Below are positions 1 through 10,895 of a DNA stretch of 64,000 bases, in pieces (position 1 is the first letter of the stretch; the number at the start of each line of letters is the position of its first letter). This DNA is from Amphiscolops sp. MND2022 (taxonomy: Eukaryota): positions 14,882,001 to 14,946,000 of the forward strand of contig OZ076409.1 of NCBI GenBank assembly GCA_964187785.1. The letters are read 5' to 3'. The notes below the pieces were generated by a model. That model saw only the letters and a list, made by a program, of their open reading frames with translations, ran no database searches and was not told where the DNA came from. Position numbers and translations under genes: made by a program.

Positions 1-311
1 TTAAACGGTACATGTATATTTCCGTGTGTTGCTCATTTGTATTGCATGTAGTTTAGATTTGTCAATTTCTTTCGTGACGTCATTGATTTGGCAGGTCTTT
101 GAACCTTACATGTATTGATCATTTCATTTTTGTGTGGCATAATTCTATTTGCGTGATTCGAAATAAAGTCGGCTGTTTTTATCGTTTCGTGGAGTTACAT
201 GTTGTTTGGGAATTAGCTGATTTATTGTGATGTTATGTGGATGGTGTTTCCCATCACAAGGAGGTTTTCGTAAGTCATTTAATATTTTCGAACTTCCATT
301 TAGACTAAATT

Positions 312-1034
312 CATCGTTTTGACATCCTCCAGCGAAGCTAGAGTATCGTGTCAGGCTGACGATAAATTCGATCACGATTTGATGGTAGTTTCCATCACAA
401 ATTCATCTCATTAATTGTTTTCATGTAAGTTCTGAATAATTGAATCGAGTTCATCGCTAATTCATCCTCTAGCCGAGCTAGAGTATTATGATAGCATGAA
501 CGTGAGTGCGTTCGCATTCTGATGGCATTTTCCATCTCCAATGCATCGCTAGTAAATATTGCATGTTGATTGGTCAAATTTTTGACTAAGTTCATCACTT
601 TTTCATCTCTCGTGTGTCTGAGATAAATTTTCATGTGATTTCATCCTTTTTCATCTCAAAATTTTTATGTGTTGTTTTTCTGGTTTTTTGGTCGTTTTTC
701 ATCCGTTTTACATCGTGTTTCGTCTTTTTGCGTATTTCATGTAGTTTTAAGTGATTGTTCATCTATTTTACATCTTCATGTTCGTTTTAAGTTGAAATTG
801 CATGTAATTGACTCGTTTTTGTGAATTTTCATCCGTAACTCATCGTGTGTTTAGAAATGTGGTTTTTCATGGCTAAATCGTTACGTTTACTTTGTTGGTC
901 TTTCTCAGTGCGTTTCTAGCTGCAGTAATCTCATGAATGAGGAAATCAGGATATGTTTTCGGTGTAGGGTTCTCGCGTAACCTGTACCTACTCTGATTGT
1001 TTCTAGACGGTCTAGAACTCATCCTTCCCTCATC
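312..1034 (-). repeat. Array of GATG-N7-GATG motifs (CATC-N7-CATC on +) in the pol tail and 3' noncoding region of element A
   Basis: Exact CATC-N7-CATC at 312, 393, 452, 533, 593, 700, 760, 830, 1020, plus an N6 variant near 642. Confidence 0.85.
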
Positions 1035-4000
1035 TTCAGTTTGCGTGTTTGTCTGTTGTGATTGATTTTCGTGTTGTTCGTCTCTCAGAGGTACTCTTAT
1101 CCTACTTTCATCGCGGGGGGGGGCGGTAGAATAATTTCCTCTTGCGTTCCAAATCTAACTGTAGGTGGTCTAAAGTTGTTGTGGTCAGTTTCTACTTGCT
1201 GATAGTCTATTCTCGTGGTTATTTCTGGTGGAATTACTTGTGGACTGTGTCGTTCTTGTACCTGCGGAACTATTTCTTCTGAAGGCTCTTCTTCGACTAA
1301 GTCTTGATCTAGATTGTCATTCTCATTCTGATCTACTTCGTCGGAATATTCGAGTCGAAAATGTCCGTGTCTTCAACCCTTTCAGTGTCTTGGTAGAGAT
1401 GTTTGGACACCTTGATGTCATCAATCGGAAATTCCGGTTTGAACAACCTCAGTCGCATTCTGTGGACGCACTGAGTCTGGTGTGTGCCTACTTTGCGGAT
1501 GATGTAGTTGCTATCGGATAGCACTTTCATCACCTTGTACGGTCCTTTCCAATGGAAAGTTTTAAACTCTTCTTTGCTTCTCTGAGAGTCGTACTTAGGA
1601 TCTAGTAGGAACACAAATTCATTCACCTTCAGTGGCTGTGCTCGTGCTTTTCTATCATAGTACATTTTGTACTTGTGATATGTGGAAATGATGTTATCTA
1701 GATTGTCTCTGAAGATGAAGTTCATTTTGTCTAGAATTTCATTCACGTCCTTGCACTTTGTTTCAGCCGGCTTGTTTGCGTTTCGGAATTGCAGATCTAG
1801 TGGGTTGTATGGTGTTCTGCCGTGGAAAATTTCAGTTGGTGAACATTTCAGTGAATCATGATACGTTGTGTTATGGGCCATGATTGCTATGTCGACATAG
1901 TGGTCCCATTGTGGTCTGTCTGCGTTTACACTAATTTTAAGGATCTTTTTCAGTTTCGCGTGCGTTCTCTCCACCATGCCTATTGTCTGTGCGTGCTTTA
2001 TCGTGGCATGGGAGATGTGAATATCAGCCGCTTTCGCGATTTCAGACAGAAGTTCAGCTGTAAACGCCGTGCCCTTGTCCGTCAGAATGTGCTTGGGCAC
2101 ATACGCGTGTTTCGTGAAGATCGACAGTAATCCTCTGACTACGGAATGTGTATCAGGTCTCTTCAGCGGAACGGCGAACAGGTAGCGTGAAAAAACGTCA
2201 ACAGCCGTCAGAATGTGTGTAAAACCGTTCGACGCCGGGAGTGGACCAACGATGTCTATTTCCAACAGGTCTTCTGGTCCGTCGCACGGGTCGTAGATTT
2301 TTTGTAACGGTGGACGTAGTTGCGTTTCTTTTATACTTTTAGATTTCATGCAGTTTTCACATCCGTCAAGGATTTTTTGAATTTTACAGGCTAAGTTAGG
2401 AGAGTAATATCTTTTACGAAGTTCGTACAACATTTTCTTTAAACCAGGGTGTCCTTGTACCGGGCTGTTATGTAGAGTCCTAATTATTTTCAAAATACAG
2501 TCTTCAGGAACAATTAACTGCTTGTGAGACTCCAGTCCCGTGTGATCAAAAAACTGTCTGTATAAGACACCGTTTACAACTTGTAGACGTTTTCGATTTT
2601 TGTGCAATTTTTGAAAAACTGATCTTGCATACTAACTGGGTGTTGCAAAATTTCAGTACCTTCTAAAAATCTAATCATTTTTTGAATAACCCAGTTATTT
2701 TTCTGGACCTGAATTAGATCGATCCCCTCAGCAGGGCTAACCTGACTCATTACCGGGTGTGATAATGATACTTTACGGTTGAATTGCGAGAGTTGAATCG
2801 GCTCGTCCACGTCTGTGAGGCGGTACGTCAGATGGTTGTCAGTCGCGAAGTCATCTGAGGCCGCTGTTCTCTCACAGTTGGTGAACTTCATCCCTTTCCC
2901 ATCGTCATGAGCCACGTCAGTGCCAGGTGCCAAGTTCATCTCTTTGACAACCTTCTGGCGCCTGCATCTGAGTGGTTCGCTCGTGGGAAAGTAATCAGGC
3001 TCGTCTTCCTCCTGTTTTGGTGTTCGGGAGGCGATGTCGATCTCGATTCTGTGAATTGGAATAGTATCAGTCAATTTTAAATGTACGCGGTCTTCAGGTC
3101 TAATCTCAAGACGAGATAAGTAATCCGCTGCGGGATTTTCAACTCCTGGTACATGTGCTAATAAAAAAATGAACTGAAGGGTTTGATCACAAAAATTCCA
3201 AAGTGAAGGCGGGATATGCTTCGCCTGAAAAAATCTAGTCAAGGCCTTATTGTCAGTCATAACAATGATGGGTTTTTTTGCACCCCACAAAGTGTGGCCA
3301 AATTCATCGAAGGCAAAGTGCATAGCTAAAAACTCATTGGCATACATTGTTAGAGACATCTGGCCGCCCTGAAAATTCTTAGAGCCAAATGCAACGGGGG
3401 CGTATGTTTGTTTGACTGACGGGTCAGCATAATCCTCAATTAACAAAACATAGCCGGCAGCGTGTTCGCTGGCGTCACACATGATTACCAATTGTTTATC
3501 AGGTAATGGCAATTTCAGAGACACTTTTGTTGCTTTTAACAAACTTTCATTGATTTCAAAAAGAGCATCTTTATGTTGTTGGCTCAGCTTGAAAGGGACG
3601 TCCTTCTTGATCAATTCCTGTAAACAACAAGTTTTATCAGCTAGGCGGGGAATATAAGACCTGTAAAAGTTTACAAAACCAAGATAACGTTGCAACGCTT
3701 TCACTGAATTGGGTGGTTTCAACTTGGTCAAGTAGTCTGTTACGCGTTTTTCAATGGGAGCAATACCGGTGCTAGAATTAGTTTTGCCCAAGTACTCAAT
3801 TTGCTTTTGTCCAAATTCACATTTACTCATGCTAAGTTTAAGACCAGCTTTGTTCAACTGCTGAAAAACAAGTTCAAGGTTATTAATCAGTTCGTCAGGG
3901 GTGTGTGCTGCAATTCCAATGTCATCAACATATTGAGCACACCGGTCTGCTTTGACCAAGGGGTCCAAATACTCACGGACTACACTTGTAAATGCTGACA

Positions 4001-5960
4001 AAGAACGATTAAGACCCTGTGCTAGACGTAAAAAGGCGAAAGTTCTAGAACCAAAATTAAACGATAACAGTTGGACGGACTGCTCATCGGCCATTGGAAT
4101 GCAATGGTAGGCCTGGGAACAATCAAGTTTACAGAAGTACTTTTTCCCGGCCATGTGTTGGGCAGCGTCAGCAATTGTTGTTACGGGATGGTTGTGCTCA
4201 CCGTAATCGTTTTTGATGAGATGGTTTATTCCTCTCAGGTCAACTAAAATCCTCAATTTACCATTAGGTTTACGTTGAGCAAATATGGGAGAAGAGTATT
4301 TGCTGTGAGGCAAGGTAGTTATAATCCCGTACTCTTGCATTAAAGCTAACTCCACGAGCAAATCGTCCTTCAAATTTGTCGGATTAGGGAGACTTAGTGA
4401 ATAAACAGGTTCTTCATGTTGGGGTGTTAACTTAACTTTAAAATCAGTATTCATACCAATATCAAAACGATGTCTAGCAAAAATGGAGTTGTACTTTACC
4501 AGCAACTCCTCTACCTGTAACCGTTGAGACGGAGTAAGAAGCGAGTCGTCCCAGTTGAAGTTCTTCAGGAAGTACATCCGTTGTTCATCGGATTGGGACG
4601 GGTCAAGCTTCTCGAGCTCTCGCAGTGCCAGAATCTCATCATAGATTCGTCGCTCATTTGCGTTGAGTTTGTGTGGCTCACTGCACGTCTCGGGAGTTGG
4701 GTACCACTTAGTTGACTTCATTTCAGGGTTCACGAACAGTTGGTTGATCACCGCTTCCGCCTCATCTGGGTACTTGGTGATCAAGTTCAAGTGTTCGACT
4801 GGCATGGGTGTGATGTTCGCCGCCTGATGTGGTGTCGGTATGCGAAAGTGTGCCAGAGTGGTGTTGGCATCAAGTGTGAACGTGTGATTGTTCGGGTTGG
4901 TGACCTGGATTGTCGTCTTGCCCTCATCTAGGTCAACCAAAGCTGAGGAAACAAGCAAACACGTCTTTCGCATGAACCCAGGTGAGCCCTCAACTGTACC
5001 AGTTGTAAGTGAGATGTCCGCGTCACTGTGGACCTGTATCATCACTTGATGGAGAGGAGGGATCACTGTTCTAGTACTGGAACACAAATCAATTAAACCA
5101 GTTTTGAATCTGTTGTTCTTTTGCTGTCTAACTTGCATGGACATCATGTGATTGGGGAAGTGGACAAGGTGGTTTTTTATGTCTAAGTTGACTGAGTACT
5201 TTTCAAAGAATGACATTCCAATTAAAATTGTGCCCATTGTTGGAAGGATTAGGAACGTTTCTTCAAAGACTTTTCCAGCAACGTAAAATCTAAGTAAGAC
5301 TTGCTTACGCACTGGGACTAAGTTCCCGTTTGCTATTTGAATTTTGAAATTCGGAGGGGGGAATTCTTGAAGGATGGCTTCTGGATGAGCCGTTGTTATT
5401 TTTCGCAATTCTGCTTCAGACATTGCGCTTTGAATTGCGCCTGTGTCTAACAGTGCATGGTTTTCGTATTTATCAAACTGAAGAGGGACGTACAGCATTT
5501 TATCTTTCTTGTTTAAATGTAAAGTTGGACTAAGAACGTGAATTTCTGTTTTAGTTGCATGTTTGTTAGCTTTTGAAATGTTAATACTACTATGTTTTGC
5601 ATGTTTTTTAATACTAAGCCGTTTGTCGATTGTTGTGTGTGAAGTCGAGTCGTCGTCTAGATGGTTGGTGTTCATCTCTTTGGCATCGTCCACCTGCCTC
5701 ATGGTGTTTTGTTGCCAGTTCATCGTTTGTTCATCGTTGATTTCAGCGAGTGGAGAAAAGCGGCTGCTGTTGCGTTGACGTGCATTTCCCATCGCTTTTT
5801 CATCGTTGGAAAGTCTTCGCTGACAGACTTCATCAGCTTTTGGTCGTTTGTCCGCTGAAGGCTGCCATTTCTTCATTGGACGGTTGTGAGTTGTTTGTTG
5901 AGTCTTAAGTCGTTTGTCGCGCGTGTCAATTGTAGCGGGCGGAAATCGTGGCTGAATCAA
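873..5960 (-). pseudogene. pol: pol of element A (PR-RT-RH-IN), frameshifted near 2600 and interrupted at 1333
   Basis: 1128-aa ORF (LLDTGA, CKLDCSQAY, QYVDD, MCDAS) plus 424-aa integrase ORF (LHNSPVQGHPG..CENC, EIDIV, LTDKG, VERTH, GPY). C-terminal tail RYRLRENP ends at a stop near 873. Confidence 0.9.
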
Positions 5961-5966
5961 AAACCC
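5957..5966 (-). promoter_or_regulatory. Putative -1 ribosomal frameshift site G GGT TTT at the gag/pol junction of A
   Basis: X XXY YYZ heptamer immediately before the gag TGA; the pol ORF is in the -1 frame. Confidence 0.7.
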
Positions 5967-7139
5967 TGGTTTATGTCTTCATCAGAGTAGCTTATTTGTT
6001 CGTCGTCTTCAGTAATTGCTTGCATTGGATTCATCGGCTTTTGTTGTCGTTTTAAATCTTGTCGTCTAGCCTTGTTGTCGTCCTGTGAACTCGTTGTGTA
6101 TGGAATCTTTCCATATGCAGAGCTGCTTTCCTTGGGGACGCGTCGTCTGCAATCCCTTACGGAGTGGCCTGTGTAACCGCAAATCTGACAGACCAACTTT
6201 GGATTGTATTTTGGTTTGTCGGGGTCAGCTACTTTTTTCATTGGGATTGCGTCCTCTTTCTTTATGCCGTTTGCTTCGTCTCGTTGTCGGGCGCGACATT
6301 CCGTTTTGCGGTGTCCTGTCTTTCCGCAGTTGAAACATTGTCCCTCAAATCGTTTTCGTTCTGTCGGTTGCGTTGTCGTCGTTGTTGCTGGTTTAGTAGT
6401 TGTGTTGGTCATTGGGGCCGAGGAGGTGACCGCGTTAAATGGTTGAATTGCCGTAGGTGGCGCGACGTACTGCTGGTACTGGTACTTTCTCATCAAGTAT
6501 GTCTTGATTTTTTCCGGTGAGCTCTCCTCCTTATTGGCCATTGTAAGTTCTTGTTGTATTTCGATCGACTGGAAGTTTGCCGAACAAGAACATTTTGATG
6601 ATTTTATCTGCGTCATCCCCAAATGCTTGTTTCGCCGTCTTCTTCAAGTTTTTGAGGAAGTCGCTGAATGTCTCCGTTGTGGGATCGTAACGGGCTTGAT
6701 CCCATTTGTAGCGCGCTACCTCTTTGAGGTCCTCTTTCGCGAATTCTTTTCTGAAGAGATCGAGCACATCTTTCAGCGTTGTCAGTGGTCTTATTTGGAT
6801 CGATTGCCAATACTCGATTGCTTCGTCTCTCAAAAGGCTTTGAAAGAAATGAAGCTTGTTCTCCTCAGTTATTTTGTAGGCTAACGGGCTGAGGTGGTTG
6901 AGGAGAAGGTGTTCAAATTCGACGAGTTTGTCTTTCTGTCCTCTGAAATTCGGTACGTGTGTCTGCAGTAGTTTTGTATTTGTTGTAGTGCTCTTTATGC
7001 GTTGCGGGATCGTCTCGATGGCGTTTAACAGCCGTTCTTCGTTGCTTCTGGGAGTTGAATCGCCTTCTTCGTCTGAGTCATATTCTTGGTATCGTCTGAA
7101 GTTTGTGAAACTTGATGTCGGGCGGGTGGAGCGGGTTTC

Positions 7140-7153
7140 TGTAACTGTCACCA
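7140..7153 (-). promoter_or_regulatory. Primer-binding site of A (TGGTGACAG...), inside the gag ORF
   Basis: TGG directly after ...CA. The same (T/G)GGTGACAG follows the proven repeat end in element C at 21256. Confidence 0.75.
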
Positions 7154-9132
7154 TGTCGTACCTATGCTGTTGGGCCGGCTTTGAAGGACCTTTTGAGCTA
7201 GACGGCTGCAATTCGTTATTATTCTTGCTTACTATCGCCATCATTAAGTCCTTCAGTTGACTAAACTCCTGGTGTAACTCGTTAATTCGGCGTTCATAAC
7301 TTTCTTTTATTTCAGATAACTGAGAAGAGATATCTGAATTGTCGTTGGTGTCAGAATCATTTGAGTTTGCCTGAGCCCTGTCTGGATCTGTTGGAGAAGA
7401 TGTTTCTGACGAAGAATTTATGACTCTACCGCTCCTAAGTTCGGTACCTTGATCTGGGTTCATGTAGCCGAGAGAAAAGAATTATGAGTGAAGACTGGAT
7501 TATTTGAGATGCTGTTTGATGTATTTTACTGATTCAAATGGCTATCTCAAAATTCACTAATCTGAACTGAGATGTTTTAGAGATGAAGTCGTACAAGCAA
7601 GTAAGTCGTTAGGTGAGAATAAGGAAATTAGCAAAGTAGTTAGGAAAGTTCATCCAATTTTCATCGCAATCGTAGATGCACCAAGGAAATTACTCAGTTT
7701 CAGTTCTATAGTTTCTGAAGATGAAATAGAGATATATTTTCAAGTAGATTTTGGCGTGAACTATTCAACTGGATGGTAGCTTGTCGCAATTTGGTCTGAG
7801 TAATCGCTAATGGCGGTCCAAATTACAGCAGTTCACGTGTCTTTTCGGTTGTTAAGACGCTAAATCTCTTACCAACCTTCTCTCATTGGCTGTTACCAGC
7901 TGGTGTTAAAATGGTAAGTCACGTGACCGGTGTTGTGAACTGCCGCAAAGTGGCCACGCATCATGGTACATCTACATATGTTAATGGTGTTTAGTCATCA
8001 ATTTACAATGTCGCAATTGCCTGCACGCAGCATCATGGTTTCTATAGCAACTAAAATGAGCTCAAATCGTTCAATAACGCACTAATTTCAAGTCAATTTA
8101 AGATAAAGCACAAATCGGGATGGGAAAACGATGTTTTCCGCTTATTCGAGCGCCAAAACCAATGATTTAAAAATTGAAGATGGAAATTCGATGAACTTGT
8201 AAGAATATTTGCTGATTTTCAAGTCTAGTTTAGCTCTGGATGAAAATGCGATGAATGGTGGTCTTTCTCGCTCGAAAATCAACACAATTTAAACTGACGA
8301 TGATAAAAGGATGAACTCCACTTATAATTTGCCAATTTCCAGCACAGATTATAATGACGATGAATTCGGGATGAATTCAGTCGATAAACGCTAATTCTAG
8401 CACAATTGAATTTTTGGCGATGGGTTTAAGATGAACTTGTCAGTTAAAACAGCAAATACCAAAGCAATACAAATTGGCGATGAGTTTAGGATGAACTCAC
8501 CAGTTAAAACACCGAATACTAAGGCAATTCAATTTAGCGATGAGTTTAGGATGAACTCATCCACTAAAATGGTTAATTTTCAGCACGAACGAAATCAAGA
8601 TGAATTAAGGATGGGTTTACTAAACAAATCAGATAACCAGCACTTTCACTCTTTTTTAGGATGGATTAAGGATGTACTTTCTCATTTCCCTTCTACGCTA
8701 GTGAATACGATGATTAAAGGATGAATTACTGTCCTCTAAGAAATGAGAAGCACATTGAAATTTCTTTACATGAAATACAACGATGAATTTAAGATGAAAT
8801 TACTAAAATAAGGTCCCATAAAATCCGCTGATGGATTAGTGATGAAAAGTCAGTTTAACGTCCCAATCGTTGTTCATATGCAATTCCGGAGATGAAATTG
8901 CGATGAACTTCATTCAAAATAGCTCCAAATTGAATCCGCTGATGGATCTAATGAATTTATCAGTCAATTCGGGTTCATCGTTAAGTCCGCTGATGGACTA
9001 GCGATGAACTTCATGAAAGTGTTGTCACGACTACAAGTCCTGAGGCGGGGAGCTAGTAGAAGTTAACATTTCGTCTCTCTTGTATCTCTCGGTCCAGTTT
9101 GACCCGAAAAACTTCTCTCCCTTGTCGTGACA
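7154..9132 (-). repeat. Probable 5' LTR of A (~2 kb), including the gag start
   Basis: TGTC...GACA termini and an adjacent PBS. No second copy in the window, so the outer boundary is inferred. Confidence 0.62.
8119..9006 (+). repeat. 60-bp-periodic array of GATG-N7-GATG motifs with largely non-conserved spacers
   Basis: Exact motif at 8119, 8179, 8239, 8299, 8359, 8419, 8479, 8539, 8599, then 8660, 8709, 8782, 8830, 8891, 8992. Confidence 0.92.
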
Positions 9133-10895
9133 AACCAATATTTATGAAATATAGCACATTCGAGACTATTTGGCAAGATCATTTATGCGGACACCGGAAC
9201 TAGAGCGCTCAGTATTAAGTAAATATATATAACTCAAACTCATGGGGGAATGGGGATTAAGTATAAGTAACGTAGGGTTGCTCACAACCATGGTTCTTAT
9301 TATATGACATCATATTGCCCATATCTAAGTACATAAGACATAATATTTACATTACAGATATTTAGTAGATTATATTTCCATCATGCTGGCATGACATTCG
9401 TTCTCAGCGATCATTATTCCACTGTGTTCAAATGCGCAGTGGTGAAGTAATCTGCCAAACCTGCACTCTCAACTTGTTCATTTTCGTTTGATTCAACTGA
9501 ACAGATTTCGTTGTTCCTTGCAGCATGGTCGGATTTTGAATTCCGGAGACTTTCCTCAGCCTACATCTGTCGACCTTCCATTCTCATCTAATATTTGGAA
9601 TTTAGCAAATCTCTATATTGAAAACGAGGCTGCTGGATAATTCGTTCTTTTCATCTTCTCTTTCCGAAATTGATCAAACACCGAAATTACTGATGAACCA
9701 AAATTGATCCGAAATACCACGCAGAAAACTTAAGGAAAAACGGAACGGCAAAAAAGGATTTCTGTTTATGTTTTGCGTTGGATAAAGTTTGTTTTCTGCC
9801 CAATGCTTCAGCTCAAAGCACGCATTACGACGCCAATCGGGTTTTTTTTTCAAGAAAAGACAAAAGTCAGTTTTCGCACCTCCCAAAATGTGTTTTCGAG
9901 AATTCACAAAAATTGTACACTTCAACGAATCAGCAGCGCCGCCAAAATGATTGGAAAATTCACACACTATTTTTCTTGAACACCCTTCTTGAACATGTTT
10001 CTGAAAAGTCTCTGGATTCTCTAACGCTTTCGGGCATCTTCAAACATTTTTTCGAATTCATCGAACGCTTTCGCAAGTCTGGGAACGTTTTATTGAATTG
10101 AATAAATCGATGAAGAAACGAAACACTGATACACAAACAGTATTTGATTAGAACAAATTCCAATGATAATTATGTTGTTTTGTGCAACATTGTTTTGTTT
10201 CATTTTTTGTTTCTAGATATTTCTTTGGTTTTAATTTCAAAAAACGAGGACGTTTTCAAAAAGGAAGGAAGTCTTGAATCTCCTGAATGACTGAAACTTG
10301 GATACCTCTCTACTTTAATCACTAAAAATCTGATTCTGTGATGAATTGTCTCTACATTGCAATAATGTTTTTGGGAAAACTTATCATCCACGTTCTATGA
10401 AGAAACATTCTTATTCTCCATTTTGTTGGTGTAAAGTTTTTCTAGAAGGTTGTTCATGACACAATGACGTCTGTCTCAAACTATGAACAACTTGCTGCAA
10501 TGCAATTATCTGCAGTTGTTCTCTATTTTTGCTCTACACCTGCGTTGATCAAACTTTGCCCATTATTATTAGCGCCTTTTCCATTTACCAACTTTTTTCT
10601 CCTTCTTCTTCTTCAATCTTCTTCAATTTCGATCAAGCTCGTAAAACAGCCAATGACGAACCTTTGTTAAAATCAGGTGGCAAAACAGACAAAACCAAAA
10701 ATACGCCTATGCGTTTACTTCCTAAAAAATCGCTCTTTTTTGGAATCGTTTTTCGACAATTCAAGCAACATATTGAACCCAAATCTACTCGACGACAGTC
10801 CCGATTTAAATCATGGAAGAAAAAGAAAGCAGTCAAACCATGAGAGAGTTTTGTAGGTGTGACATACGAAGGTCACAACCCAAAAAGAGCAACAG

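Larger units (their letters stand above)
5957..7463 (-). pseudogene. gag: gag of element A, broken by a 4-bp TCGA duplication at ~6561-6568
   Basis: ORFs 6531-7463 and 5957-6622 join if TCGATCGA is collapsed. Zinc knuckles CFNCGKTGHRKTEC and CQICGYTGHSVRDC. Confidence 0.88.
1..9132 (-). mobile_element. Ty3/Gypsy LTR retrotransposon A (5' LTR, gag, pol; 3' end beyond window start)
   Basis: Domain order gag (2x CCHC) - PR (LLDTGA) - RT (YVDD) - RNase H - IN (HHCC, D,D35E). Minus-strand TGTCACGAC at 9132 and ...TACGACA|TGGTGACAG at 7154/7153. Confidence 0.93.

Noticed and set aside
1228..7260. Plus-strand ORFs overlapping gag-pol of A (and similar shadow ORFs over B, C, D)
   Set aside because: Antisense shadows of real coding frames with no independent motifs.
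8119..9006. CRISPR array
   Set aside because: Only 8 nt of each unit are fixed, there is no full-length conserved repeat, no cas genes, and the context is a eukaryotic LTR.
9400..10850. Short ORFs as a host gene
   Set aside because: No recognisable domain or consistent splice model; at most a decayed coding fragment.
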